Shown: positions 37,413-46,197, counted from the stretch's first letter. The stretch: 64,000 nt of DNA from Thaumasiovibrio occultus (GCA_019703815.1 AP023053.1:46995-110994); one strand, 5' to 3'. Notes: generated by a model from the letters alone, not told the origin. Translations and numbers: made by a program.

Positions 37413-37955
37413 ATGATCCTCGCAATTGATGTGCAATATACAGAGACCGCCGCGTATGTCGCAGGCGTGTTATTTGAATGCTGGGATGCAGACTCGCCGA
37501 TAGGGGAGTTTGTCACCCGCGTAGAAGAGGTTGCACCGTATCAACCGGGGCAATTTTACAAACGCGAATTGCCGTGCATTTTGGCGTTATTAAACGAGCA
37601 TAGTTTGGCACCAATCACCTTTGTGATTGATGGCTACGTCTATTTAGATGGCGCTAGCAAAGCCGGCCTTGGTAAGCATCTATTCGATGCGCTGCAACAA
37701 AAAGCCGCTAAAGCCAATGGTGGTGTTAGTGACCAAGGTAGACCGGTTGAGGTGATTGGTGTGGCAAAAAAAGCGTTCGTTGATATTTCAACCGACTGTG
37801 AGTTATTTCGAGGTACCAGCCAGAAACCTCTGTACGTCACCACCACCGGTGATGTCAGCACGGCCAAATCGGCAATTGCCCTAATGGCTGGTAAACATCG
37901 CATCCCCACGTTATTGAAACGCGCCGATCAATTATGCCGTGAAGCGGCTAAGTAG
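37413..37955 (+). CDS. endonuclease V-family protein (short form)
   Basis: AIDVQY (catalytic Asp), PYQPGQFYKRELP (PY.PG..FRE block), FVIDGYVY (DG), IGVAKK block. All EndoV catalytic positions present. 181 aa. Confidence 0.65.
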   Translation: MILAIDVQYTETAAYVAGVLFECWDADSPIGEFVTRVEEVAPYQPGQFYKRELPCILALLNEHSLAPITFVIDGYVYLDGASKAGLGKHLFDALQQKAAKANGGVSDQGRPVEVIGVAKKAFVDISTDCELFRGTSQKPLYVTTTGDVSTAKSAIALMAGKHRIPTLLKRADQLCREAAK

Positions 37956-38025
37956 TTATCGCATGAGTTCTTTGCAATATTGAGCTCGCTATATGCGGAG
38001 TGCTGCAGTTATTTAAGGAGAGGGA

Positions 38026-38277
38026 ATGAATCAAAAATCGATTGGAACGCCAGTACCAAGAAGTGCTAAAGCTGATTATGAAGATAGGGAAATATTACTG
38101 TTGGCAAAATGTTCTGCTGAGTTACGAGCGACATATCAAATAAAGATGTTGGCTTACTTAGCAAAAACGAGGGGGAAGAAACTCGTTCTTGCATTGACAC
38201 AAGAAACGAAACTTCATAGTTCGTTGTCGTCATTGATAAGCAGTTTTCCAGAGTTAATTGAAATAGAAAGGACCTGA
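38026..38277 (+). CDS. hypothetical small protein
   Basis: 83 aa. GGAGAGGGAATG SD. AT-rich. Confidence 0.4.
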   Translation: MNQKSIGTPVPRSAKADYEDREILLLAKCSAELRATYQIKMLAYLAKTRGKKLVLALTQETKLHSSLSSLISSFPELIEIERT

Positions 38278-38278
38278 G

Positions 38279-38692
38279 ATGAGTGTATATTTATGTATTT
38301 TTGATGGCGACGAAGAGCTCGATGGCATTGATGTTGGACAATATGCCGATTTTGCGTTTTTCCGTGAAGGCGTGGCAGCTGTGGTTGAAAACGGGGTAGT
38401 CGGCTCTGTTTGTCCAACGCTCATGCTGCATTCGGATTGTGATGGTGAATGGACGCCCGCAGAATGTGTGAGACTGATTGAAGAGCTTAATACAATCGAA
38501 AAAGCGTTTCTGTTGTTGCCTCCTGTTGAATACAACTCTGATTGGAAGGCGTCAGTCGCTGAGTCTTGCGGCATCGAACCTGAGTCTTTTTACGATTGTT
38601 TTTTTGATATTGATGGCGAGCCGTTAATTGAACGTATTCGTGATTTGGCGAAGATGAGTGTAGAAACTCTGCAGCCTATCCTGTTCCAGTAA
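38279..38692 (+). CDS. hypothetical acidic protein (immunity-protein-like)
   Basis: 137 aa. Start 1 nt after previous stop. Acidic, Cys-containing. Confidence 0.45.
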   Translation: MSVYLCIFDGDEELDGIDVGQYADFAFFREGVAAVVENGVVGSVCPTLMLHSDCDGEWTPAECVRLIEELNTIEKAFLLLPPVEYNSDWKASVAESCGIEPESFYDCFFDIDGEPLIERIRDLAKMSVETLQPILFQ

Positions 38693-39141
38693 TTGGCACT
38701 GGGGTGGGTCCGAAACTGGAAAACTGGGAGTTACCTAACCGTATTACACTGAATCAGTGTGATGCACCTACCGAGGTAACTCCTGCCTTGCAGTAAAATT
38801 CGTGTGTTTGTCTTCCTGCTTTGTGCTGGGTTCTCTCCTTACAACGTCGGGCCTATTTTCCTTTCCCGCAATCTCGCAGAAATTTGCCTTCTTCTTGCTG
38901 TATTGATAAATATTTTGCGAAACAGATCTAAATGCCGTTTTTGAGCTTCGTCTGTTGGTGAACAAGCTCATTACTCTAATGCCCTAGTAAATTAGCGAAT
39001 TCTCAATAGTTCTAATTGTGATCTGGTTCTGCCTGCTTATCTTAGTGACAGTGTCACTTGGTGGGTGGTTTTACACGATGAGAATCGCCACATCTTCCGA
39101 GTCGGGGATGGAAAAATATAACAATAAAGGAGTCATTGGCT

Positions 39142-39714
39142 ATGAAATATCAATCGTTGTTGGCTTTAGCGATACTAGGTGGGGTGGCACAGGCGCAAGA
39201 TCTGATCTTAACGCCGACCAGTTTGGGCGAGCTCACCTTGTCTTCATCGACCCAAGTCTCGCAAACTGGGCTTACCGAGCTATTTCCAGACTATCAAATC
39301 ACCCATGAAATAGGACAAGGCGACTCGCCAGATTTTCATCTGCTGAAGGTCAGTGATGGCGACGAGATGTTGTTCTATATCCTTTCCTACATCGAAGACG
39401 ACGTCACCCATCAGAGCGAAAGCTATGATATTGATTTATTGGTGGTGACCAGTGACAACATTGCCGATGGTTACGGCGTTCGGGTCGGCGATCGGGCAGA
39501 AAAATTGTTTCAGAGCCTGCCGGGCAATATCGATGTGTACGCTAACCACTATGATAATGCGCTCGGCCATGAAGGCTTGTTTTATCAGTTCTATATCGAG
39601 CCGAACGACGAAGGTAACGACGGCGCAAACCCGTTAGATGTCGATATTGAAACTATCTTAGAACATAATCCAGAGATCTCAGAGTTGTCGTGGCCGACGC
39701 CGCGTTGGGGTTAG
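39142..39714 (+). CDS. secreted hypothetical protein
   Basis: AAAGGAG SD. MKYQSLLALAILGGVAQAQ signal peptide. Acidic. Confidence 0.55.
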   Translation: MKYQSLLALAILGGVAQAQDLILTPTSLGELTLSSSTQVSQTGLTELFPDYQITHEIGQGDSPDFHLLKVSDGDEMLFYILSYIEDDVTHQSESYDIDLLVVTSDNIADGYGVRVGDRAEKLFQSLPGNIDVYANHYDNALGHEGLFYQFYIEPNDEGNDGANPLDVDIETILEHNPEISELSWPTPRWG

Positions 39715-39753
39715 TCGTTACAGCGACGTCGCCCGTTTTTAGCAGGAGGTAGT

Positions 39754-40740
39754 ATGTATCTGCAGTTTTTAGGGACGTCTGCGGGTGTGCCGACCAAGCA
39801 GCGCAATGTGTCAGCACTTGCGCTGCAAGAGAGTAAAGGCAGTGACTGGTATTTAATTGATTGTGGCGAAGGCACGCAGCACCAGTTGCTGCACACCAGT
39901 TTGTCGATCAATACCTTAAAAGCGATCTTCATTACCCATGTGCATGGCGATCACTGCTATGGCTTGCTCGGTTTGCTGGCGAGCGCGGCCATGAACGGTC
40001 GTAAAGCCCCGTTGCAAGTAATCGCTCCTTCCGGCATTGCTGAGTGGTTTGCCGCGACGCAGCGCTATACCGCCTTGTATATCCCATACCCGTTGGAGTT
40101 TGTGTTGGCTGACGATCTGCCCACGCTTACGTTCGGCAATACCCAAGTGTCAATAACGCCGCTGTCGCATCGCGTGCCTTCTTACGCGTATAGCTTTTGT
40201 GAACAGCAGGTTGAGTCGCCATTAGATATCGCCAAACTGCAACGTGATGGCATCGCGAAAGGCCCGCTGTGGGGGCAGATCAAGCAAGGTAAAGACGTCA
40301 CCATTGGCGATACAACCGTTGCTGCAAGTGAGTACCTACTAGCAAGTAGACTGCCGCGAAAGGTGGTGATCGCCGGTGATAACGATAGCCCGGAGTTACT
40401 GCGTACTGCTTGTCAAAACGCGCAGCTGTTAGTGCATGAAGCAACTTATACCCAAGACGTTGCTGAGAAAGTGGGCGACAGCGTGGGCCATGCTTATGCT
40501 GGGCAGGTGGGGCAATTTGCACAAGAATGTGGCTTACCGAATTTGCTGCTGACTCACTTTAGCCCGCGCTATCAAGCTCAAGCCGAGGTGTCGCCGTCAG
40601 TGTGTGATATTGGCGCGGAAGCGCAGCAGAGTTATCAAGGTCAATTGTGGTTGGCGCAAGATTTTGCGCGTTTTCAACTGAGCCCGGAAGGGGAGTTACG
40701 CTTGTTAAGCGATGGCAGCGGTGCAAAGAGTGCAAACTAA
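39754..40740 (+). CDS. rnz: ribonuclease Z/BN (MBL-fold tRNA 3'-processing endoribonuclease)
   Basis: MYLQFLGTSAGVPTKQRNVSALAL...IDCGEGTQHQLL...HVHGDHCYGLLGLL (HxHxDH). Closely tracks E. coli RNase BN over whole length. AGGAGG SD. Confidence 0.85.
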   Translation: MYLQFLGTSAGVPTKQRNVSALALQESKGSDWYLIDCGEGTQHQLLHTSLSINTLKAIFITHVHGDHCYGLLGLLASAAMNGRKAPLQVIAPSGIAEWFAATQRYTALYIPYPLEFVLADDLPTLTFGNTQVSITPLSHRVPSYAYSFCEQQVESPLDIAKLQRDGIAKGPLWGQIKQGKDVTIGDTTVAASEYLLASRLPRKVVIAGDNDSPELLRTACQNAQLLVHEATYTQDVAEKVGDSVGHAYAGQVGQFAQECGLPNLLLTHFSPRYQAQAEVSPSVCDIGAEAQQSYQGQLWLAQDFARFQLSPEGELRLLSDGSGAKSAN

Positions 40741-40809
40741 AGCAGCCTGATCAAACAAGCGGTATTGGGTGAGGTTGAACAGGGAAAGCTCTTTGCTAAG
40801 AAAGAGACA

Positions 40810-41310
40810 ATGGTGAGGAAGATGCGATGTCGAGGAAGAGGCAATGTTGAGGAAGAGACAGTGCTGACAAAAATCATCAGTGGCGGCCAATCCGGTGCCG
40901 ATATTGCGGCGCTGGATGCGGCATTGGCGTCTAGCATTGAAATTGGCGGATTTTGCCCGAAAGATCGTCAATCTGAGGTCGATCTGTCGCGTTATCCTTT
41001 GATAGAGATCGAAGGTGGTTATCGTCAACGTACCAAAGAGAACATCAAAGCAGCAGATGGCACGGTGATCTTCTATCACGCCGATGTGCAGGGCGGCACC
41101 GAGCTGACGCTGTTTCTTTGTATCAAGAGCAAATCCCCGTACAAGCTGATCGACACACAAATGGTCAGCCCAAGTGAGGCGGCGAAAGTCATTGCGCAGT
41201 TTATCGAGCAACACAATATCACCACGCTCAACGTGGCAGGGCCGAGCGCCTCGCGTGTACCGTCGATTTACGCCAGCGTGAAAGCCACGTTAATTGCCCT
41301 GTTTCAGTAA
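40810..41310 (+). CDS. SLOG-superfamily protein (putative molybdenum-carrier / YpsA-like)
   Basis: KIISGGQSGADIAALDAALASSIEIGGFCPKDR matches the GGQTGxDraALdaA...GGwcPkGR signature of the Mo-carrier-like LOG-related family. Confidence 0.55.
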   Translation: MVRKMRCRGRGNVEEETVLTKIISGGQSGADIAALDAALASSIEIGGFCPKDRQSEVDLSRYPLIEIEGGYRQRTKENIKAADGTVIFYHADVQGGTELTLFLCIKSKSPYKLIDTQMVSPSEAAKVIAQFIEQHNITTLNVAGPSASRVPSIYASVKATLIALFQ

Positions 41311-41415
41311 ACTTTAAGGTTGTGCTTAACCAAAACATAAGCAAAGCGCCAGTGTGACCAACGATTAGAGCGCCCGATTTAAAATAACAAGTGCGGCAAA
41401 AAAGGTGGGATAACC

Positions 41416-41781
41416 ATGAGTGATAAAACGCAACGATTACCGATTTGGCGCGCGCTGTCGGCGCTGTTTTTAGACACCGAAATCGATGAGGCGACGCTAA
41501 GCCATATCGCCGATACTCTTTATCGCTGCGATGTGTCGCCTGACGATGCGGAGCACATTTTGTGGCACGAAGTGTATCCGGTGTTAGCGCCCAATTTACG
41601 CGCGGTGGCTGGGGTGTGGGATGGTTGGTCAGATGAATGGCTGCTGGAGAATCTCACTGTCAGTTCGGCGAGTGCAGGTTTGCTGGCAAAGCTGACGCGG
41701 AGCAAGGCGATTGCCCAGCATTGGCAGCACATCGTTGCGGTAATGGACGCGCTTGAAAATCCATCGACGCAGCCAAAGTAA
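41416..41781 (+). CDS. hypothetical protein
   Basis: 121 aa. AAAGGTGGGA SD. Confidence 0.5.
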   Translation: MSDKTQRLPIWRALSALFLDTEIDEATLSHIADTLYRCDVSPDDAEHILWHEVYPVLAPNLRAVAGVWDGWSDEWLLENLTVSSASAGLLAKLTRSKAIAQHWQHIVAVMDALENPSTQPK

Positions 41782-41799
41782 ACCCAAGGAGAAGCAAGG

Positions 41800-42081
41800 A
41801 TGCCAACCATTCATGTGCAATCATCGCGCGCGACTGCTGATTTTACGGTGTGCGAAGTAACATCGCGGGCGTTTGCTGATCTTCTGGTGTATGTCACTGA
41901 CTCTCGTGCGGTGGTACGCGGCAACGAAGCGTTGTGGTTTTATGTTGATCACCGCGCGGTGGCCGATGTGAAAATTTGCCATGTCGACTCGCCAAGTGTG
42001 GCGGATCTGAAGATCTTTTTTGTTCACTCACGCGCGTTAGCGGGGTGGCAAAAAGCCCATCCTTTACAAGGCCACTTGTAG
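41800..42081 (+). CDS. small protein built from internal approximately 15-aa repeats
   Basis: 93 aa. Repeats of [hydrophobic]x[V/T]xSRAxAD (ATADFTVCEVTSRAFADLLVYVTDSRAVV...VDHRAVADVKICHVDSPSVADLKIFFVHSRALAG). Strong SD. Confidence 0.5.
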   Translation: MPTIHVQSSRATADFTVCEVTSRAFADLLVYVTDSRAVVRGNEALWFYVDHRAVADVKICHVDSPSVADLKIFFVHSRALAGWQKAHPLQGHL

Positions 42082-42239
42082 GGGGATTTGCAAGAAAGAG
42101 TGGCAAAATAACGTCGGCGGCGCTGGTTTTTCGCCTGTAAAAAAGCGCGTCATCAATGGGTTGAAGCGTGTCTTGGAACCTGCTTCGCCACATGTTTGAA
42201 ACGCGCTTTTTTGGTATTGATGACGCTAACGAGAGCGAC

Positions 42240-42587
42240 TTACTTTGTCGCGGCTACGAACGCCATTTCAACCAAGTAAGAGGGTTTGGCTAGCTCGGCT
42301 TTCACACACGCACGGCTTGGCGCGCTGCCTGCTGGGAACCAGTTGATCCACGCTTGGTTTAGCGCGTCCATGTTGGCAAAGTCGGTGATGTAAATGGTCA
42401 CTGACAAAATGCGTGATTTGTCGCTGTTGACGCTGGCTAGCATTTCTTCCGCTTGAGCGAAAATTTGCTCGACTTGGCCTGTCATATCGGTGCTGTCATC
42501 TTCTGGCACTTCGACAAAATGCGCCATCTTGTTGAAGACCACGACATCAGACCATTTCTCGGTAGGGTTAATACGTTGAATATCCAT
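42240..42587 (-). CDS. RidA/YjgF family protein
   Basis: 115 aa. SRILSVTIYITDF and PSRACVKAELA...VEMAFVA blocks. Confidence 0.8.
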   Translation of the reverse strand: MDIQRINPTEKWSDVVVFNKMAHFVEVPEDDSTDMTGQVEQIFAQAEEMLASVNSDKSRILSVTIYITDFANMDALNQAWINWFPAGSAPSRACVKAELAKPSYLVEMAFVAATK

Positions 42588-42675
42588 TTTTCACTTTTGA
42601 ATCACGAGTTAAACATGGCGCGATAGTAGCAAAATTCGAGCGAAATGCCTCGGTTAATTCAAACTGGCTGGTTCT

Positions 42676-42756
42676 TGCTTTCTTCTTTCTTCTTTCTTCT
42701 TTCTTCTTTCTCGTTTTCTCGTTTTCTCGTTTTCTCGTTTTCTCGTTTTCTCGCTT
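42676..42756. repeat. compound tandem repeat (TTTCTTC)x5 followed by (TCGTTTTC)x5
   Basis: Seen directly in the divergent intergenic region between the RidA-like and xseA-like genes. Confidence 0.95.
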
Positions 42757-42997
42757 TGCGCTGCCTTGCTTTGATCTGCGGTGAGTTAAATTGAGTGCAG
42801 TTGAAGTATCGGCACTGAGATCATTGGGTAACTTGGTATAAAATAGCCGCCAGTGAAAGCAGGCATGACAAAACGCGCCGCTGCTGCGCTTTTAACCCCT
42901 GACGCGTTTCGATCACATTTATCACTTTGCGATCTGTATACGCTAACCACTTTATGCTGATATGCGCATCAACATGCGTTTGTGTGCAGGTAATGGA

Positions 42998-44620
42998 ATG
43001 CAAGATTTAGCCTCAAAAACCAGTGATTTACATGATAGCGGCACCATGACGCTCACTGAGTTGCTGACCGAAGTCGGCCAAGTGCTGCGGCGGGAAATGC
43101 AAAGCCGCTATTGGTTTACTGCCGAATTGACCAGCGTTAAACGTCATACCTCCGGCCATACTTACCTCGAACTCTCACACACGAACGACGGTGGGCAAAC
43201 CGCGAAAACCCAAGCCAACTTATGGGCGCAGAACGCGCAGATCATTCGCGATTTTGAACAACAAACCGGAATTCGTTTTGATAAGAACCTCGAAGTCATG
43301 CTGCTCGGCGAGGTGACGTTCAGTCCGCAGTATGGTTTCAAGCTCAATATTGTCGGGATCAACGCCAGCTTTAGTGTCGGGGCGTTTGAGCTTAAATTGC
43401 GAGAGATCCGCAAGCGCCTGCAAGATCTCGGCGAGTCAGAGCGCAACAAACAATTGCCCGTCCCGCTTGATTTTACCCGCGTGGCGGTGATTGCCCCAGC
43501 CAAGGCGGCTGGGTTAAGTGATTTCAAAACCAAAGCCGAGCGCTTACAGCAACACGGCTTGTGCCAATTCGACTATTTTGAAGCTACGTTCCAAGGGCCG
43601 CGTCGCGAAGATTCTATTGTGATGGCCTTTAGTGAAGTGGTGCAAAACGCCCACACGTATGACGCGGTCTGTTTTATTCGCGGCGGTGGTGACAGGGCGG
43701 GGCTAAATGAACTGGCCGAAGCAAAATTGGCGCGGGCGGTGTGTCGTTGTCCGTATCCGGTGTTCACGGGGATCGGCCATCAAACCGATCACAACTTGCT
43801 TGATGAATACGCCCACGCCTCGTTCAGTACCCCGTCGATGGTGGTTTCTTACATTAACGATACCATTGTGAATAACGCGAAAGCGGCAAAGGAAAACTTT
43901 GTCGCTATCCAGCATGTGGCGCGTCAAACCTGCAATTATGCCAAGCAAGATGTGGCGCACAAATGGAGCGGGATCTGTGAAGATAAAGCGATCATCCTGT
44001 CGACGTGGCGGCACAATGTATCAACGCTCACTGAGCGAGTGTTTACCAGCTCTAAACAAGCCGTGGCGGATAGCCGTTTTCAGGTGGCGCAACACTATAA
44101 CGTGATGATGGGGAGTACCCGTTACACGATCAGCCAGCAAAAAGAGGCAGTAAAAACGCTGCACGACGAGAATCGTCACCACAGCACGCGCCATGTGACT
44201 GCGGCGCGGCAGGCCAATCGTGATTTGGCCAATCTGATGTATACCTCGGCTAGCAAGCAGATCACCAAAAACCAATTCGAGCTGGAATACCGCTTCAAGC
44301 ACGTGCAGCAGCAGGCGAAAGCCCAATCTCATGCTGCCAAACAAGAGCTGGCACACGGCATGAAGTTGGCGCTCAATGGCGCGCAACGCTCGCTGAGTGC
44401 TCAGCGCGAGAGTGTCACCAACACCTTTAAATTGATTGATGCGGTCAACCCGCAGAACGTGTTAGCGCGCGGTTTTGCCCTGATCACAACGCCCAATGGC
44501 GAAGTAGTGAAGGGCGTTTCGCAGCTCAACCCGAATGAAACCGTAACGGTGCAGCTGAAAGATGGCAGCTTCACCGCAACCCCGAACAATATTGACGTTA
44601 AAGGAAATTCCAATGAGTAA
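42998..44620 (+). CDS. xseA: exodeoxyribonuclease VII large subunit-like protein (XseA paralogue with extended coiled-coil C-terminus)
   Basis: N-terminal OB-fold region (WFTAELTSVKRHTSGHTYLELSH). Catalytic core IRGGGDRAGLNELAEAKLARAV...PVFTGIGHQTDHNLLDEYAHASFSTPS. Start uncertain (42962/42998/43046). Confidence 0.7.
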   Translation: MQDLASKTSDLHDSGTMTLTELLTEVGQVLRREMQSRYWFTAELTSVKRHTSGHTYLELSHTNDGGQTAKTQANLWAQNAQIIRDFEQQTGIRFDKNLEVMLLGEVTFSPQYGFKLNIVGINASFSVGAFELKLREIRKRLQDLGESERNKQLPVPLDFTRVAVIAPAKAAGLSDFKTKAERLQQHGLCQFDYFEATFQGPRREDSIVMAFSEVVQNAHTYDAVCFIRGGGDRAGLNELAEAKLARAVCRCPYPVFTGIGHQTDHNLLDEYAHASFSTPSMVVSYINDTIVNNAKAAKENFVAIQHVARQTCNYAKQDVAHKWSGICEDKAIILSTWRHNVSTLTERVFTSSKQAVADSRFQVAQHYNVMMGSTRYTISQQKEAVKTLHDENRHHSTRHVTAARQANRDLANLMYTSASKQITKNQFELEYRFKHVQQQAKAQSHAAKQELAHGMKLALNGAQRSLSAQRESVTNTFKLIDAVNPQNVLARGFALITTPNGEVVKGVSQLNPNETVTVQLKDGSFTATPNNIDVKGNSNE

Positions 44621-44822
44621 CGAAACTAGCACCTACATGGAAAACTACAATAAGCTGCAGCAAGCCGCGAACGAGTTATCCCAACAAAGTGTGCCTGATG
44701 TCGATAAGATCATTCCTCTGGTAAAGCAAGGCAGCGAAGCGTATACCCATTGCATGAGCCGGATTGCCGAAGTGGAGCGCATGCTCGAAGAGATCGAAAA
44801 GAAAACCAACTCTGCCAACTAG
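44613..44822 (+). CDS. xseB: exodeoxyribonuclease VII small subunit-like protein
   Basis: 69 aa helical protein with XseB-like pattern (YMENYNKLQQAANELSQQSVPDVDKIIPLVKQGSEAYTHCMSRIAEVERMLEEIE). ATG overlaps the xseA-like stop (ATGAGTAA). AAAGGAAA SD. Confidence 0.6.
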   Translation: MSNETSTYMENYNKLQQAANELSQQSVPDVDKIIPLVKQGSEAYTHCMSRIAEVERMLEEIEKKTNSAN

Positions 44823-45192
44823 CCATACGCGGTGTCGGCGAGCATCGCCTCGCCTACGTGTTCACACGTTACTCAATATCATCGCGACATACTGCTGTTA
44901 ATGCGCTTGTTGCGAACCTGCCGCCAACGTATCTCGCCAACTTGCTGATTGCCAATGCCGCTATCACGTTGGCAGCGTTGGCGCTGTTCTTTTGGTTGAC
45001 GTTGCTCTTTTGGCTGGCGTTTAGTTTGTGCGCTGCGGCCGTTATTACACGCTCTTGCTCACTTCGCTCCTTACCCCTGTTTTCTTACCGCACGGCTTTA
45101 AGATCTGTTTACTGCCGCTCTGCGCTCGACTCATGCGCTGAAATAACGCGAGATCTATCACTAACTACGCCAGTATTTCGCCAATAGTGTGA

Positions 45193-45239
45193 CGGTATTC
45201 GACATTTACATTTTTATTAATTGTCGGTATTCGACATTT
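45193..45239 (+). promoter_or_regulatory. two 15-bp direct repeats CGGTATTCGACATTT spaced 32 bp, upstream of murQ
   Basis: Perfect direct repeat seen in sequence, 50-100 nt upstream of murQ ATG. Confidence 0.3.
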
Positions 45240-45290
45240 GATTGATTATCTCCGTGTCGAGTTTCAACGACGCTTTAACGGAGAGAGTTG

Positions 45291-46196
45291 ATGAACGCGT
45301 TATCGCAAACCATCAATAGCGAAAAAAACGAGGAGACAGGGCAGTTATCGGAATTGCCTTTGCTGGAAATCCTCACCTTGCTTAACGAACACGACGCCAA
45401 AGCGCCGGCGGCGATCCATGCGGTGTTGCCGCAAGTTGCCGACGCGGTCTGCGTGATCGTTGAACAAATGAAAAAAGGCGGTCGCTTATTCTATGTGGGC
45501 GCAGGCACCAGCGGGCGTTTAGGTGTGCTCGATTCTGCCGAGTGTCCGCCGACGTTTGGTACCGATCCTTCTTTGGTGCAATCGATTATCGCGGGTGGTT
45601 TAGACGCCATGTTAGCGGCGGTCGAGAACATTGAAGATTGCACCGAAGCTGCGCCTGCGGAGCTAAAGCAGCGTGGCTTAACGGCTAATGATGTGGTGCT
45701 CGGCATCGCTGCTAGCGGACGCACCCCGTTCGTTGCTGCCGGTCTTGATTACGCCCGTGAAGTGGGCGCAAAAACGATTGCGTTGTCGACCCGCGGTGTC
45801 GGTTTGATTTCAGCTCAAGCAGACGTGGCGATCACCCCGGATGTTGGTCCTGAAGTGCTCGCTGGCTCGACGCGGATGAAAAGCGGCTCAGCGCAGAAAA
45901 TGCTGCTCGGTATGATCAGTACCAGCGTGATGATCTGCCTTGGCAAAGTTCACGGCAACCTTATGGTGGATGTGAAAGCTTCTAACGAAAAACTGCGCAT
46001 CCGTGCCCTACACATGGTGTGCGACATTTGTGAAATAGACGCAGACACTGCGCAATCACTCCTGACTCAAGTTAATTACAACGTGCGTGCCGCCGTTCTG
46101 ATGAACATGCTCGACATCACCGCCTCTGAGGCCCTGTCGCGCTGTGCTACGCAACCTTTTCAAACGTTGAACCATCAGTTATCTGAAGGAAAATAA
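45291..46196 (+). CDS. murQ: N-acetylmuramic acid 6-phosphate etherase
   Basis: SIS-domain blocks GGRLFYVGAGTSGRLGVLDSAECPPTFG and GSTRMKSG. 301 aa. Confidence 0.85.
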   Translation: MNALSQTINSEKNEETGQLSELPLLEILTLLNEHDAKAPAAIHAVLPQVADAVCVIVEQMKKGGRLFYVGAGTSGRLGVLDSAECPPTFGTDPSLVQSIIAGGLDAMLAAVENIEDCTEAAPAELKQRGLTANDVVLGIAASGRTPFVAAGLDYAREVGAKTIALSTRGVGLISAQADVAITPDVGPEVLAGSTRMKSGSAQKMLLGMISTSVMICLGKVHGNLMVDVKASNEKLRIRALHMVCDICEIDADTAQSLLTQVNYNVRAAVLMNMLDITASEALSRCATQPFQTLNHQLSEGK

Positions 46197-46197
46197 C

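Noticed and set aside
36000-39130. Integron cassette array / Vibrio superintegron segment
   Set aside because: Small AT-rich ORFs suggested cassettes, but no repeated attC/VCR-like imperfect palindromes (GTTRRRY ... RYYYAAC cores of about 60-120 bp) could be found between the ORFs, and there is no intI.
40765-40809. Longer N-terminus for the SLOG protein starting at 40765
   Set aside because: The ORF opens with TTG and the first ATG with an SD is at 40810. The family is normally about 150-165 aa.
30822-42756. CRISPR array (because of repeated short units)
   Set aside because: The three repeat loci are contiguous 7-8-nt microsatellites with no spacers and no cas genes nearby.
44750-45187. 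145-aa ORF between xseB-like and murQ
   Set aside because: It overlaps the xseB-like 3' end, has no SD, and its odd composition (Arg/Ala-rich then hydrophobic) suggests a chance ORF. The region more likely holds the murQ promoter and operator.
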